Assembly: GCA_964270895.1 (NCBI GenBank)
Contig: OZ185446.1
DNA length: 64,000 nt
From: Podarcis filfolensis
Taxonomy: Eukaryota
Strand: one strand, 5' to 3'
Below are positions 47,241 to 60,500 of the stretch, in pieces; position 1 is the first letter of the stretch; the number at the start of each line of letters is the position of its first letter. The position numbers and the translations under genes were made by a program. Below the pieces are notes generated by a model that was given only the letters and a program-made list of their open reading frames with translations, made no database searches and was not told the DNA's origin.

Positions 47241-50200
47241 CATTGACTGATCAAGAGCCTGGACGAGTGAGTGCAGTACAGTATTGTTGTTTAGAAACAG
47301 GTGCTACCCGCAACAGAGGAGTGTGCATTTGCAATCCTGACATTCTTGTGAGTGAATCTGGCAACTGAGCACATCACACCTCATCTTTAAAAGTTTGGAA
47401 GGCAGGGCATAGGAGCTGTTAGGAGATCAGTTGTGCCTATCCAGTTCTGAACATGTCCAATTCCTGAACTCCTGAGTTGTGACTCCTGAACAGTATGTCC
47501 AGTGCCAAGCCTCTACTGCTACTTGCCTGCCTGAATAAAAATCTCTTTCTTACCTACATGTAAGACCCTTTGCTTGTGTTACATGAGAGGCAGGACAGCT
47601 GTAATGGAGACAAGCTCTTGCAACTTGGTGGGTTTCCCATTTCCCCATAAGAACATGCCTAAAAAGCTGCTGTTTTTCTGCTGATAAAATATGGAAGTTT
47701 TTGCTCAAATCTTGTGTTCCTCTTTCTACAGATGGGGGGACACCACTTTTTTACAATTGCGCAATATATCTGTATTGGAAAATAGATATCTCTGCAAAAG
47801 AAACACAAGCATGAGGGAAGATTTGCAGACTGTATGCTAAGGTGGCAACTGTGCATCTAGTGCACTGACACCTGCCTGTTTGTATCTGAATAGGACTGAT
47901 ATGGGTCAACATTCTCTGATTATGTATTTTTTCTCTGCCTTCCTTCTATGTGCTTTTTTCCTAGGCGGGTTCACCCCAAGTTAACAGAATCTGGCTGTAG
48001 GTGTGGGGAGGACTTGGGAGGATGATCTAAGAGGGTTAGAGTGGCTAGTGGGGGGGGATTCCATTCTGTGTCAGTTGCATAGGCTTGGGATGCTCCTGGT
48101 TCCATCCATGGAGCACCTTGATTTTCAGTATGTAATTCTAGGTTTTGATGAGGAGCTCCTGGTACCTAGTGAGAAGGCTCCAACAGTTTCCTTAAGATTT
48201 GGACTTTGTGTTTGTCTTTGTAAGGAAAGGCAGCTATAATTATGCCAGCAATGTACTCTCTGTTCCTCTTATCCCAGTGTCATGAGTCAGCCAAGAATAC
48301 TGAATACTATTCTAAAAACACATTTCCCCCTTATGAACATATGTATATTTTTTGGAAAATGCCTCTTCATTAAATGGCTTCACTCCTGTAACAGCAAACT
48401 CAGGTGGTGTCAACAGGCATATAGCTGAAATGCGGTCACATGTCTGAGGGAACTGCAAGGTTTGCAGGAATGTAAGAAAAAAGTTTCATAAAAAGCTAAA
48501 CGTGGGGGGAAAACCACCAACAGCCCAATTTTGATATGTGGAATATTTTGTGTCCAAAATAAAATCAGAGGAGAAATAGATTTGAGCATTGTGCTTGGGG
48601 GCATCATTTGAAAGACACTGAAGAAAGTTTCTTCTGTTGGAATGTGAGCATTCACTGCAACATTTTATGGTGGGTCCCACTTGTGTAGTAAATACTCAAG
48701 AGTCAAAATGAGTGGTCTGGGAAGTCCCCCCCCCAAGTTTGGACATTTTTGTTTAGGTCTCACTGTTGTCTAGAGATTCCACATGTCTGTGCCTTAGATA
48801 TAGTTCAAACCTGAAGATGTTTTGTGTCAAATATACCTAAACCTGTGTCTTCCTAAGTGTTGATCTTTGGGTCAATACTATTCCAACAGGCCTCACAAGA
48901 AAATCCCCAGCAAAAGCAAACAGATGTGATAGGGATTCTGTAGAGAAATCAAGTTCATCTTTCTTCTAATCCTCCCTACTGGGGGAAATGTGAGAAATAA
49001 TAACTGCAGAACCACACACAAAGGAGCTGTAGCTTCAAAAGTCATTGTCACATGATGTCTTACCTAGAGGTTCTACAATAATGCCTTTGGAGGTGCATGG
49101 ACTACTTCATCCAAATAATAACTGATCCTGTGGTATCACACAAGCCTTGCCAATGTTGCAATATTTAAACCAAGCTTCCCTTCTGACTTCAAGCCTGATC
49201 CTGTATATATGTGGTTTACTGTCCCGCAATATGAAATGACAGATCTGAATGCAGATCTGATGTTGGCAGATAGTGTACTTTCCTCCTCTCAACACTTAGG
49301 GCTGTCAACAATTATTATGACTGAAATGCACAGTCATATGGTGGGATTCCAGGGGGCACACCTAGAATGCGCACAAATGCATAAGGCACTTTTAGATCCA
49401 AGCCCTTTAACGAATGGCAATGCCGATAAATGTGAGCTTTTGGAGCAAAAGGAGATTAGAAGATAAGAAGTGCAATTACAATAAAACTATTATTTAATTT
49501 GAGAAGTGTGAAGGCAGTAAAGAGAAGTCTATGTAATTACTAGGCAATGAGGTTACAACTCTATAAAACTTCATGATGCCCATTTATCGGAAGGCAGTCT
49601 TCTGTTCATAGCAATACCTCCAGTAGTGACAGATGTTCACTTCTTTAGGCCCATATACACATTTAGCCACACTAGCTGAGATGTACTTCTAGCTTAGTGG
49701 TTGAGCGTATATCTCAGGTACTAAAATTGCCGTTGGTGGAAACCAAAGGCTGGATATATTTCTTCACTGAAGTTAATAACAGAGGAAACTGGACCACTAG
49801 TAATTAATTGTCAGCTACTACCACTACTTATATTGTTGCTAATAATGACTGGAGTGTGTTACAGTGTTTACCTTCTCAACATCAATTGCCGCCACTGTTA
49901 TAACTCTTTATCTAGTTGTGTATTATAGGCCTGTGTCTGGAAGTGAAAAATGACTTAAGTGTGTTCTAGTGTCACAATGCAAAACAGAAACATGTTTATT
50001 TGTAAAGGCATATACAAACATAGACAGTAAATATTATTAGTACAAACTACATGTGCCAATAACATTTTTTAATGTACTCATACCACTGTAAATGCAAAAG
50101 CAACATTTTCATTTGTGTCTAGAGAGAGAAAGGTGTATTAGTCTGTTGCAACAAAACCAGTGGTCTTACTTCTGCATTCTAGAAATAACAAACAGGTCAG

Positions 50201-50510
50201 CCTCTACACAAAAACAATACATGGACACAAACTTGACACCAGAAATGTCAATATCCAAAGACCAAGGGGGGCACTTTTCAACCTCTTCAACCAACTGTAT
50301 CTGGTAGCCATCCTTGAACAAATTACATCAAAGGGAGACTGCTAATTCATCAAGTGGTTCAATGTGAATTGAATTGGGGCACTTTTTATATTTTATTTTA
50401 TTTTATTTTATTTTAAAAATCACACTACCAGTGATTTACCAATGTCAGTATGTCTGTGTTATCAACACTGAATGGTTTTTGGCTTGTTTTGGTACTCTCA
50501 CAATCTGGTG

Positions 50511-50555
50511 TAAGTAAGTAAGTAAGTAAGTAAGTAAATAAATAAATAAATAAAT
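50511..50555. repeat. Compound (TAAG)n(TAAA)n microsatellite
   Basis: Direct reading. Confidence 0.9.
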
Positions 50556-50729
50556 ATCCTTTTTGCTGACTGAACTAATATTCCTTCCCAGAAAGAAGAG
50601 ATTCAAAGTATCTAAATCTTATATCTTCATAAATGGTGCATACAAACAAATAACACAGTAACTCCTCCTCTACTTCTCCACATAAACAAATTATCAGTTT
50701 AAGAGGAATTTCTTATAGTAGCCAGTAAA

Positions 50730-51078
50730 AAAGGTAAAGGGACCCCTGACCATTAGGTCCAGTCGTGGCTGACTCTGGAGTTGCAGTGCTCATCTCGCTT
50801 TATTGGGGGAGGGAGCTGGCGTACAGTTTCCAGGTCATGTGGCCAGCATGACTAAGCTGCTTCTGGTGAACCAGAGCAGCGCACAGAAACACCGTTTACC
50901 TTCCCGCCAGATTTATCTATTTATCTACTTGTACTTTGACGTGCTTTCGAACTGCTAGGTTGGCAGGAGCAGGGACCGAGCAACGGGAGCTCACCCCGTC
51001 ACGGGGATTCGAACCACCGACCTTCTGATCGGCAAGTCCTAGGCTGTGTGGTTTAACTCACAGCGCCACCTGCATCCC
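50730..51078 (-). mobile_element. Full-length Sauria SINE
   Basis: Reverse complement of the 43260 copy. 11-bp TSD TAGCCAGTAAA (50719-50729 and 51083-51093). Confidence 0.92.
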
Positions 51079-54000
51079 ATAATAGCCAGTAAAGACGGCT
51101 TAATACCTTTTCTGGAAACAGAAAAGATGTAAAATAGTAAGCATATGCTCCTAACAGCACATTCTAATTCTGGATTAACTGATCTGGAATGACTACTACC
51201 TTAAATTGTGCCATCACTACTATAGTAAAGCCACCACTTCACAAACAAATATTTATTCAAAAATTGGAAACAAAGCTGTGCTATTATTTCACTACTGTGC
51301 ATGAACTAAGAAGTAGCTTGAAAACACGCATTAAATGGGCTATAGTGAATTTGGGGTATTCCTTCTCACTTTTTTTGCCCTAGTATTAACTATACAAATT
51401 CCATTTACCCTGCTTGGACAGGGGGTGGAGCATGTAGTTCTTTTGTTTACAACAAAGTTTGCTGTCAGTATTTGGACTGTTCTTCTACTGCAACATCCAT
51501 CCTATAGGTTGCAGGAAAGTGTATGAAGTTATTTCCTTGAGAAAACTGACAGCAGCCTCTAGGCTAAACTTTTGATCCGCCAGTTTTCTGCCATTTTCAA
51601 AACAGCAAAGATTTGCAGTTCTATGTGTCCTCATTGCTTCTGATGGCAGATCTGCAGGAGGGAAGGGCCTGAAACAAAACTGACAATGTGACAGACAAAA
51701 TGGGCAAACAGAGCACAATTTTTGAACCTAATTGTCACTTATTTAAAGAACAGCAGTATCCACAAATATGAGTATTGAATTGTACTGAACTAAGTCTGTT
51801 TGGAGGCATAACTTAAGAAGGTATGTAATTTCATAGGCGGACAAAGGGATTAATTAATGTACAAAGAAGACAAGATTTTTATCACCACTGTCACAATTCT
51901 ATGCATTTCTACTCAGAGGCAAGTCCCACTGAGATGAATGGGACTTACTTCTAGATAAGTGGTCTAGGATTCTAATCTTACGTATTGTCTTTCAGAAATA
52001 TTCATGGGTAGAGGTTTGATATTTATTTATTCATCTATTTTACAACTTTATGAACAGCCCAAGACCAAAAACAGTATACAAGAAGACTGTACACCCTGTG
52101 CACCTACTGTACATATGCTTCAGTTACTGCCACTATCTTATGAAAATGATTCAAAAACCATATCAAAAAATGTATGGAAGGGTTCTTATACTTAACATTT
52201 AAGGAGCATGCAGTATTAATATGTGTGATGCTAGCCAGGATGGAATTTAGGGCAGGTGACCCAGGCATCCACCTGGAATACAAAGTTTGTAGGGGCTGTC
52301 ATGGGCTATGATGCACTCAACAACTGAAACACATAATACAAAAACTTTGTATGGCATGGATAAATACAGATTATAGCACCTAGCATGCAAACACCTGCCT
52401 TAAATGACTGGGATAAATCATGCATGCTGTGACTCAAAGTTGTAAAATGGGCTACAAATGAAATAGAAAACAAATTATTCAAAAGTTTAACAGATGGAGG
52501 TGCCAAAAACTGCTCCTTGCTTGCAGCGCCATTTCCTCTAGAGCTGGGTCTGAGGTTAGCACTAAATTTAATAGTATCTGGTGTGTTTCTGAAACTCTTT
52601 GAATTATAGTTCTTTATACTTCTGGGTACTATTTGTTGCTTGCCTCCTTTTAAAAAAATGATAACCCTTTTTTCTACCATATGTGCTGAATATTAGTTGA
52701 GCTTATAAGTAACTCATCTAGGGAAGAGAACTGTTTTAAGGGTTGGCATTGTTGAATGAGTGTTTTGCATTGCTGTAGTCATAAAAATATCACTTTAAAA
52801 GTACATAAATAAAAAGGATTTGAGAACAAGGAGAAGCAGCCCTGAAGGAGAGAGGCAAAGTCTTCACTCTTGTAACAGTGTAACACTCAGCACCCCAAGT
52901 ACCCACTCAAGGCAATGGATGCAAAGCATGCGGATGAGCCACCACCATCACTATTATGCAAATATCTTTGTGTAATTTTTACTCTTTCTGTGATGTTACC
53001 AGAGACATCAGGGGTAGAAGCCATAATTAGTCAAGCTCATTTTCCTTAAGTAAGTAATGTTGAATGTCAGCCACTGATTTTATTTCACTTGGTAAATAAG
53101 TTAAAATGTGTAGTTTATCGAGTAATAATAAAAAATAAACCAAAGTTTAAGAGAAAGTTTATGAAATGACTGCTCAGCTTGTTTAAATCAGTATCTGGTT
53201 TCAATGGATCTGCTCAGGCTATTTTGACGCCATTCATTTAATCACATCCTTGCCCATGCGGAAAGACTGGGCTCCCCCCCCCCCACCTCCAGAGCAATGA
53301 AATTCGTATAAACAACTTCCCAGTCATGAGGGACAAGGGATTAAGAATTATGGCTAACACAACTTGATACCTCAATGGTTGTTTTTAAAGGGAACAGAGC
53401 AGACTTTCCCAGATTTTTTAAAAACAATATTGTACAGAATTACTAACCTTAATATAATAATAAATGATTTTATTGCCTATTGTATAAAAAAGACATTGTA
53501 TAAATAAGGCAGTCTTCCAAGAATGGTTATGCTTTTTGTGTCTCAGCTGACTGTAACGCTGACTGCATCTGCATGCGTTTCACTGAAAAGAATTCAACAG
53601 AACTTTTATTAGATGAAAACAACTTGCATTTGTACATTTTTCTCCCAGCCCATCACAATGTGGCCCTGGGATGGGTAACTCTAAGGCTGACACACGGAAA
53701 TACCAGTGGCATGTAAACAGATGCCCAATGCTGCTCTGAGTGCCGTTGATTTCAACAAATTTCTAGATCCTATTTTGGAGGTCCAGTTGCTAGTGTCAGA
53801 ATCATCAGGGGGCTCTTAACCAAACATTGACTGTAGATGTTGGTGTTACAGCTGGTTTTCCTTCTACCAATTCCTGAATATATTTGAAAAATAAGATGTA
53901 GCACCCACCCTCAGCCTTTTCTGTACCTTAAAAACTTGCATACATTATTTGAATAGTGACTATGCATCCACAAGACTTGTATAGGGAAAGGAAAAGAAGG

Positions 54001-55114
54001 CAAACCTATATAAGACCATGAAATCCAACACACATTGTTTAGAAGTCTAAATAACTATTGCCTTTAACTGCTTTGTAAGGATGCACAAAAAGACTTCTTT
54101 AAGAATTAAAAGATTTGTGTGTGTGTTATATTTCCTAAAGTATCTTGTGTTGAAGACCCCACCCAAGTGCCATTAAATTAATAAAAAGCAGCTTTTAGAA
54201 CAGGTATTGCCCCCACTGCAGAGCATCTACGGTAAGTATGCATCCAAGGGCGCAGCTAAGAGCTGGGATTAACCAGGGTAGGAAATCAATGATATTGACA
54301 ATAAAAACACATAGCTTCTCTGCTGAAACTCTGCTTGACAGTGTTGAGTCTAATTATATAATCAGACCAACAGGACATATTTTGCCTTTGGTTGTGCCTT
54401 AAAAACCCCATTAAAATCAATGATGACACAGAAGCGCATTATGAGGGTGAAGTCAGGAAGGTTTCAGCAGAGTCTGAACTGAGGAAACTCTACTGGAAGC
54501 TCCTGGGTGGTGAGCAGTGCTCCTCTTATTTGACTCAATTAAACACCATTTACAGTTAGGATATAGTTTGGAAACAATTGTGCTTCGTGGAGAGTGCAGA
54601 TTATAGTATAATATCAGTATCAATGTTTTTAAAGGGAGGAGCAAAAACAAAGTAAAAGACACCACACATCCAAACCCCCAAGCTCAGTGTGCAAGGCTGC
54701 GTTGCAAATTTTATAAGTGGTGTTGTTCATATTTATTGGTTGCATTTTTACACTAAGTTGTCTCAAAACGGCTTGCACATTGTTGGATGTTTCGCATGCC
54801 CCATTAAAATCACACTGTCACCACCAACCAGCCTTTTAAAAGGCTTTTCTGGCATGATACCCCACAAGCCCTGATCTGGTGCCAGTGGCACAATATCTCA
54901 TTCCCATGTAATGGCTGAGGGTAGTCTTGCTGCAGGGGACAAACACAGTGTTCCCTGCAACTTGTAATAACAGAACTACATATGTGCTGCTTTTTAAATT
55001 GTGGGAAGAACACAGCCTGCAAGGAATTGTTTAGATATTAAATACAAATAAAGGGTCTTGAAGTAGTTGGACAGAGCAGTGGATAGCTTGGAGATTTTCT
55101 AAGCTATTGCTGGA

Positions 55115-55240
55115 TGAGTTTAAGCTGAGATGTAGTGATTGGCCCAAGGCTATTCAGTAAGCTCTGTGGTTGAGTGGAAATTTGAAGCCGAGTCTCCAAG
55201 GTCCTAGTTTGAAACTCTAACCACTACCCCACATTGGCTC
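55115..55240 (-). mobile_element. CORE-SINE (MIR-like) remnant
   Basis: AGTGATTGGCCCAAGGCTA...GAAATTTGAAGCCGAGTCTCC...ACTCTAACCACTAC resembles the reversed tRNA head and core of MIR-like SINEs. Confidence 0.55.
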
Positions 55241-56719
55241 ATACACATGGGCAAAATGGAAACCAACGTTTTGGAGCTCATTATTTTACTGGATTGTAAG
55301 CACAAAAGGGAGATGATGATATAATTAATTTGCTTAAGTGCTTGAGATACAGTGATCTAAAACCCTGATGACAAAAACTGATTGCAGAGTTTTATCTCCC
55401 ACATATTGAAAAGTTACCTGTTCATTTTAAAAGCTAAGATTAAACATAAAAAAGAGAAAGAAATCAGTTTGTTTGCCTTCAAAATAAGCTAGAGCCTCTG
55501 GCTACTCTGCCATCCCTCTTTATGACTTCTGCTACTCATCATTTTGGCCTGGTTAAAAACTTCCTTGAGATATACTATGGCAGGGCTGAGTCAACACATT
55601 TTGTTGCCAGAAATGGACAATGATGTCCTCTCTGTTCTGTATACAAAGCGAACCAGTTTGGCAAATTAATCTTACTTCAAACCCTAGGAATGGGACAGAA
55701 TTTTCCACCACACCCAAGACTTAGTTCAGGGAGGCTCACACAACAGAATCTACTCTCCATCCCTCAGCATCTGCCATCTGAAGTGGCCGCCTTATTTTAA
55801 TGGTAAAGCCAGCCCTGTACTGTAGACAGAACGAAGCTTAGAATGTCTACCTTCTCTTCTATACAGTTCTCAAGCATATTTCAAATACTTTATGAAAGCA
55901 TCCTAAATGTTTAGAACTGCCAACTGGTTCTGAGAAGTTGCAGTCAAATATGCATGTTTTTCAAAGATCAGTAGAAACCGGACTAAACTCTAGGGCAGGC
56001 TGGGTACCTCTGTTCAAGCCAAGCAAGAGGAGGCAGCTCCAGCCCTCTTGGTCTTGAAGGGACCAAGATTCTGCATGGGTCAGTAGGTGGCATGTGAGCC
56101 CTGAGGAAAGGCTGCTGCTCTCAAGAGCACCGCACAATCCTTCTCCGGCAGAGCTGAGCTGAATTCTTGAGAGTGCATTTAAAGATGATGTAACAGACAC
56201 ATATGAATTGCAAAATAGACCCTTGGGGGATTATAGACGCAAAATGTTACATGATAGTGTGTTTATGTATGAGTTTGACTATAGAAACATAGCTAGCATT
56301 GCATATGTATAGATGTATACGCTATACCGGGCTCCTCCATTTATGCTTTTGCACAGGGAAAAGACCTGTCATCCTGAGGGGGAAGTAAATGAGAAGCATA
56401 CAGCCAGGCAATGGAACCTCTACCTGCTATCACTCAGCAGCTCCCCTGAAACAGCATGGCTGCTGTTAGTATTTCTTTCCTATCTGCCCTTAGACAGACA
56501 GGAATAAAAAGTGGGAATAAAAAATGTGCGGTCCGGCAACAGATCACAAAATAGGAGTGTAATAGAACAAAAGGTGATGGGAACAATGGCCTAATAGGGT
56601 TGGGGATATACTATCCTAGAGCAATGCTAGGTGTCTGAAGGTGAAGATGTAGAAACAGCTCCAGTGTAAATGTATATGACTTACTTTTGAGACAATCTAC
56701 TTCAGGGATTCCTGCAGGG

Positions 56720-56882
56720 CAATGGTTCCCAATTAGTTAAGTACTGCAGACCCCCTGTTTTTCAAAAGCTAAGCCATGGACCCCATTTTTGAAAAAAATG
56801 ATATCTCTATGGTAGCTTTTGTTGTGAATGGTGCCTGGGACCCCCTAGAGGGGGTCCACAGACCACCAATTGGTAACCATTG
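56720..56882. mobile_element. hAT-Charlie-type MITE
   Basis: TIRs CAATGGTTCCCAA...TTGGTAACCATTG. 8-bp TSD CTGCAGGG/CTGTAGAG (6/8, both transitions). Confidence 0.75.
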
Positions 56883-56929
56883 CTGTAGAGCAAATAGCAG
56901 CTAGAAAGCAAATAAACGAAATAAATAGT

Positions 56930-57490
56930 CATATACATGTGCACTGGTAACCTCAAGGCTTGATTACAATAATATTCTTTATGTGGGGCTGCCCTTGTAT
57001 CTGGTGAGGAAGCTGCAGTGCAGAATGCAGCAGCCAGACTGCTCATAGGAGAGAGTGTGCTGCACTGGTTGCCAATTTGCTACCAGGCCAGGTTCAAGGT
57101 ATTTGGGACAATTCACAAAGCCCTAACCACTTGAGCCTAAAGTACCTTAAGGACCCTCTTGTTTCCTGTTGCCTCACCTCAAACACTGAGATCCAATGGG
57201 ACACTTCTGGTGGTTCTCCACACCCGAGGTTTAGCTGGTCTAAAGGACTGAGCCTTTAGCGTGGCAGGCCCTGCCCTACCAGTAGAGGTTCAGCAGGCAT
57301 GATCAGTCTCTTCTTTCAGATGTCTTTTGAAAGCTATATTGTTTAGGCAGGCCTTTGCAATACGAATTTTCTCTTTTTAACCAATCAGTATTTACTAATT
57401 TTTATGGATGCCTTTTGCCGATTTCACTAATATATGTGGATATACAGTATTTTTAGGAAAATATGGATTATAAACAAGTAAATAAGTAAT
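56930..57490 (+). mobile_element. L2-clade LINE 3' fragment
   Basis: CALVTSRLDYNNILYVGLPLYLVRKLQ-VQNAAARLLIG...LHWLPICYQARFKV...AFSVAGP...FRCLLKAILFRQAF, then a TAAA-type tail. Confidence 0.82.
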
Positions 57491-57599
57491 TTTTTAAAAG
57501 AATCAAACAAGAACTTGTGTGAAAATGGAAACATAACAAGCATGAGCATAAGCATTTGAGGCAATATTTTAAGCTGGCTTATGAACATTTAAATAATAA

Positions 57600-60500
57600 A
57601 TTGCAGCACACCTGAGTGCCGCCACCATCAGGTGCAGAATATTGGAGATGGAGGCAGAAAACCCCACACGTGCCTCTTTCCCTTAAAGCTGCAGCCACAA
57701 TTTGTTGCCCTTTCGTGACACCCAGCACAGGCTGCCAGAGGAAGAGGCTCCCCAGCGGGCTTGCTTGGCGCTCAGGCCGCCGGCTGAGGCGGGAAGAAAG
57801 GGCTGCGTTGGCGCCATTTTCCTCCCCCTTCGCTGGCCTTAATGAGGCCAATTATTACTTCAAGTGAGGGAGCTGTTGGGGGCAGGGAGACCTGGAACTA
57901 GTACAGTTTCTAGCTGTGGGGCAGCCTTGGCTAGGCAAGGAGCAAGGTAGCCTCTTCGTCCACACTCGCGCCCAGGGCGAGGAGGGGCCGCAGTTCCCAC
58001 CTCAAGTCGAAGCGAAGAGGAGGAGGGGACGGGGTCGCCCTTAAGGCAGTAAGGGAAGCAGGCCTGTCCCTGGTCGGTCGCCGTCGCCTCCTTCCCTCTT
58101 CCCGGCCCGCTCTTTTTACGTTTGCGGGCGGGGCGGGGCATGGAAGTTGCCTTTTGTCTGGCCGGGGTCAGACGGAGCTGTTTTGTTCGATAAAGCTTTA
58201 ACGCTTCGTGAACACGCAGAGAAGGCCGAGCCCAGCTCCACTCTGGCCATCGCCATTGTTGGGCGGCTTTTAAAACAAGGCAGCCCTCCCCACACAGCCC
58301 GCTCCCAAAGAAAAACCACCACCCAGCCACCGGCTGGTTCGATCCCTGCAAAACCTCCAAGTTCAAACCTCGCCCAGCTTACTGTTAAGTTAACCAAGAA
58401 ATGCCAGGCGAGAGAAAAAGCACACCATAGGAGCCAACTCCTAGGGGTCGAGATCCGTTCGCCGCCCGCCCTCCCTCCCCCGCCCCAATAAAAGATTTGA
58501 GGGCTCCCCCCAAAAATTGATGGGCATTGCCATTCAAAGGGTGTGTGTGCACTGCGTCATGTGATCGATTATGCGGGACGAGGCTTACCTGCCCCCCCCC
58601 GCAATATTTTATTCAACTTGGCACCCCTGGACAGGTGGAAGTGGAGACGTGCAGGGTGTGTGTGTTAGGGGTGTGTGGAGAGAGGAAAGCAGTGCCCTCT
58701 TCCTGGGGAAAAGACAGAAGGTGGCCCATTTCAGCAGCACTGTGGGCTTCATTGTCTGCAAAAATGCGCCTGGCTCGTAATGCTCCAGTTGGCAAGGAAG
58801 CCGGGCGGCGGCGGCGGGAGGAGAGATGCATCTCCTGCAAGACGCTCTTCCGAATGGTTTATTTAAACAACCCAGAAGGAGAGGAGTACGGGTGGGAAAG
58901 CGGGGTTTCCTCCAGCCAGGCTCCTTATGAGCTGGTGTGAAGGATATTTCCCTGTTTGGCTTCTGCAACGGGCGACCGCCAAACCAAATAAGTCAAGGGG
59001 AGGGAAGAGGAGGCAGGGAATTGAATGTGGTCTGCGTACGTGTGTGTTTTTGTCTGCAGCGAAGTTTCCCTTGAGTGGTTTCATTTGGATTCTGTCTAGC
59101 CTCGCAGGCTCCATAATTCTTAAGACCTCCAAGCCTGCACCACCACTGCCCCAAGGAAGAGACCCTTCCCCAGCTTTCTTGAGCTATGCCGACTGAAAAG
59201 GGAGAGAGGGAGAGAGAGGGAAGGAAGGAGAGAAAGCTTAAAGCAATATGTGTATCCTGTAAAACGTCCATTCAGAAGTATGTCATTAGAATGCACGGAG
59301 ATCATAGGTTAAATATTTCGACAAGGTAAGTAGGATAAATGGCCAGGGATATGATCTGGTATATTTGAATATCATTCTTATTTAATGTGTTATATAGCTG
59401 CAGACAGGAAAGTGCCTAGCGTTGCTTCCGTCTGAACATGCTTGTGGGTGCCTAGGACAGCGTTTCTCTGTGCCCAAGGAAAATATTTTTATTTCATTTT
59501 TATTTATTTTGGCGGGGGGGGGGATAGGGAGCGAGAGCGGAAAATCCTTTGCAAATAGAAAAGAAGACCTTTGCAACCAGAGCATGTTTTTAAAAACGCT
59601 GTCTGCAGAGAGAAGCCCAGGGGATTGGCTCGTTGGGCCTTTGTTGATGCCTCTTTGCCCCCTGGCGGCCGTTCGCCGTTAGGGCAAGAGGAGGCCTTCA
59701 GTTAAGAATTCCAGAAACCCTGCAAAGTGGGATCCGCACCGCACTTGTCATTGTTTTGGCTGCTTGCAGTTTAACTCCCAGCTGGAAATTTAGAAGGCAG
59801 ACCGATGAAATCTAATGGTCGCGGGCGGGCCGAGATAGGTGGAAGGCGTAGCTCTCCTTGAATATCCTACCTCTCTCTCTCAGATGAAAAAGCGAGTGCT
59901 TTCCTTCAGAACTTCGTGTCTTTAAACAATTTTTTCCCTGTAATAATAATCTTTGTTTCTTTTTGAATTTACGTAAATAAAACGGTATGTGGGACTAAAC
60001 AATATTTCGAACGTTTCACGCCGCATAATTCTGGAAAAAAAGAAATGTCTAACTTAAACTACATCCAAATAAAGTGTCGTTGGCTGTAGTCACCTGGAAG
60101 TAAGTCCCACTGAATTCAATGGGGCTTACTTCTGAGTAGGCCTGTAGCGCGGCGAAGCTGCAATTCTACTCACACTTCCTAGGAAGTAAGTCACGAAGAA
60201 TTTAGTGAGACTTCCTTCTGAGTAGACATCCTTAGGGCAGCCCCACCTTTGCTTCCGATTAAGTTTATCTGTAAGAAATGGGACTTCCGATGACACTTGT
60301 GCATTTTGGGCCTCGACTGTAAGCGGGTTTGTTTGGAAGTTGTTTCTTCATTTTATGCAAGAAATTTCGATGCTGCCTGCCAACATAAACAACCCCAGGG
60401 CGGTTTACACATACCCGTTGCAACCACTGCGTCTTACTTCCAAGTAATGGTTTAGAATGCGGCGAAAAAAATGGAAAATTTATGTTTGCAGGAGGGTAAA

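Noticed and set aside
57579-59305. ORFs of 80-170 aa in the distal CpG cluster as a hidden gene
   Set aside because: Overlapping on both strands, mostly non-ATG starts, low-complexity composition, no homology recognised.
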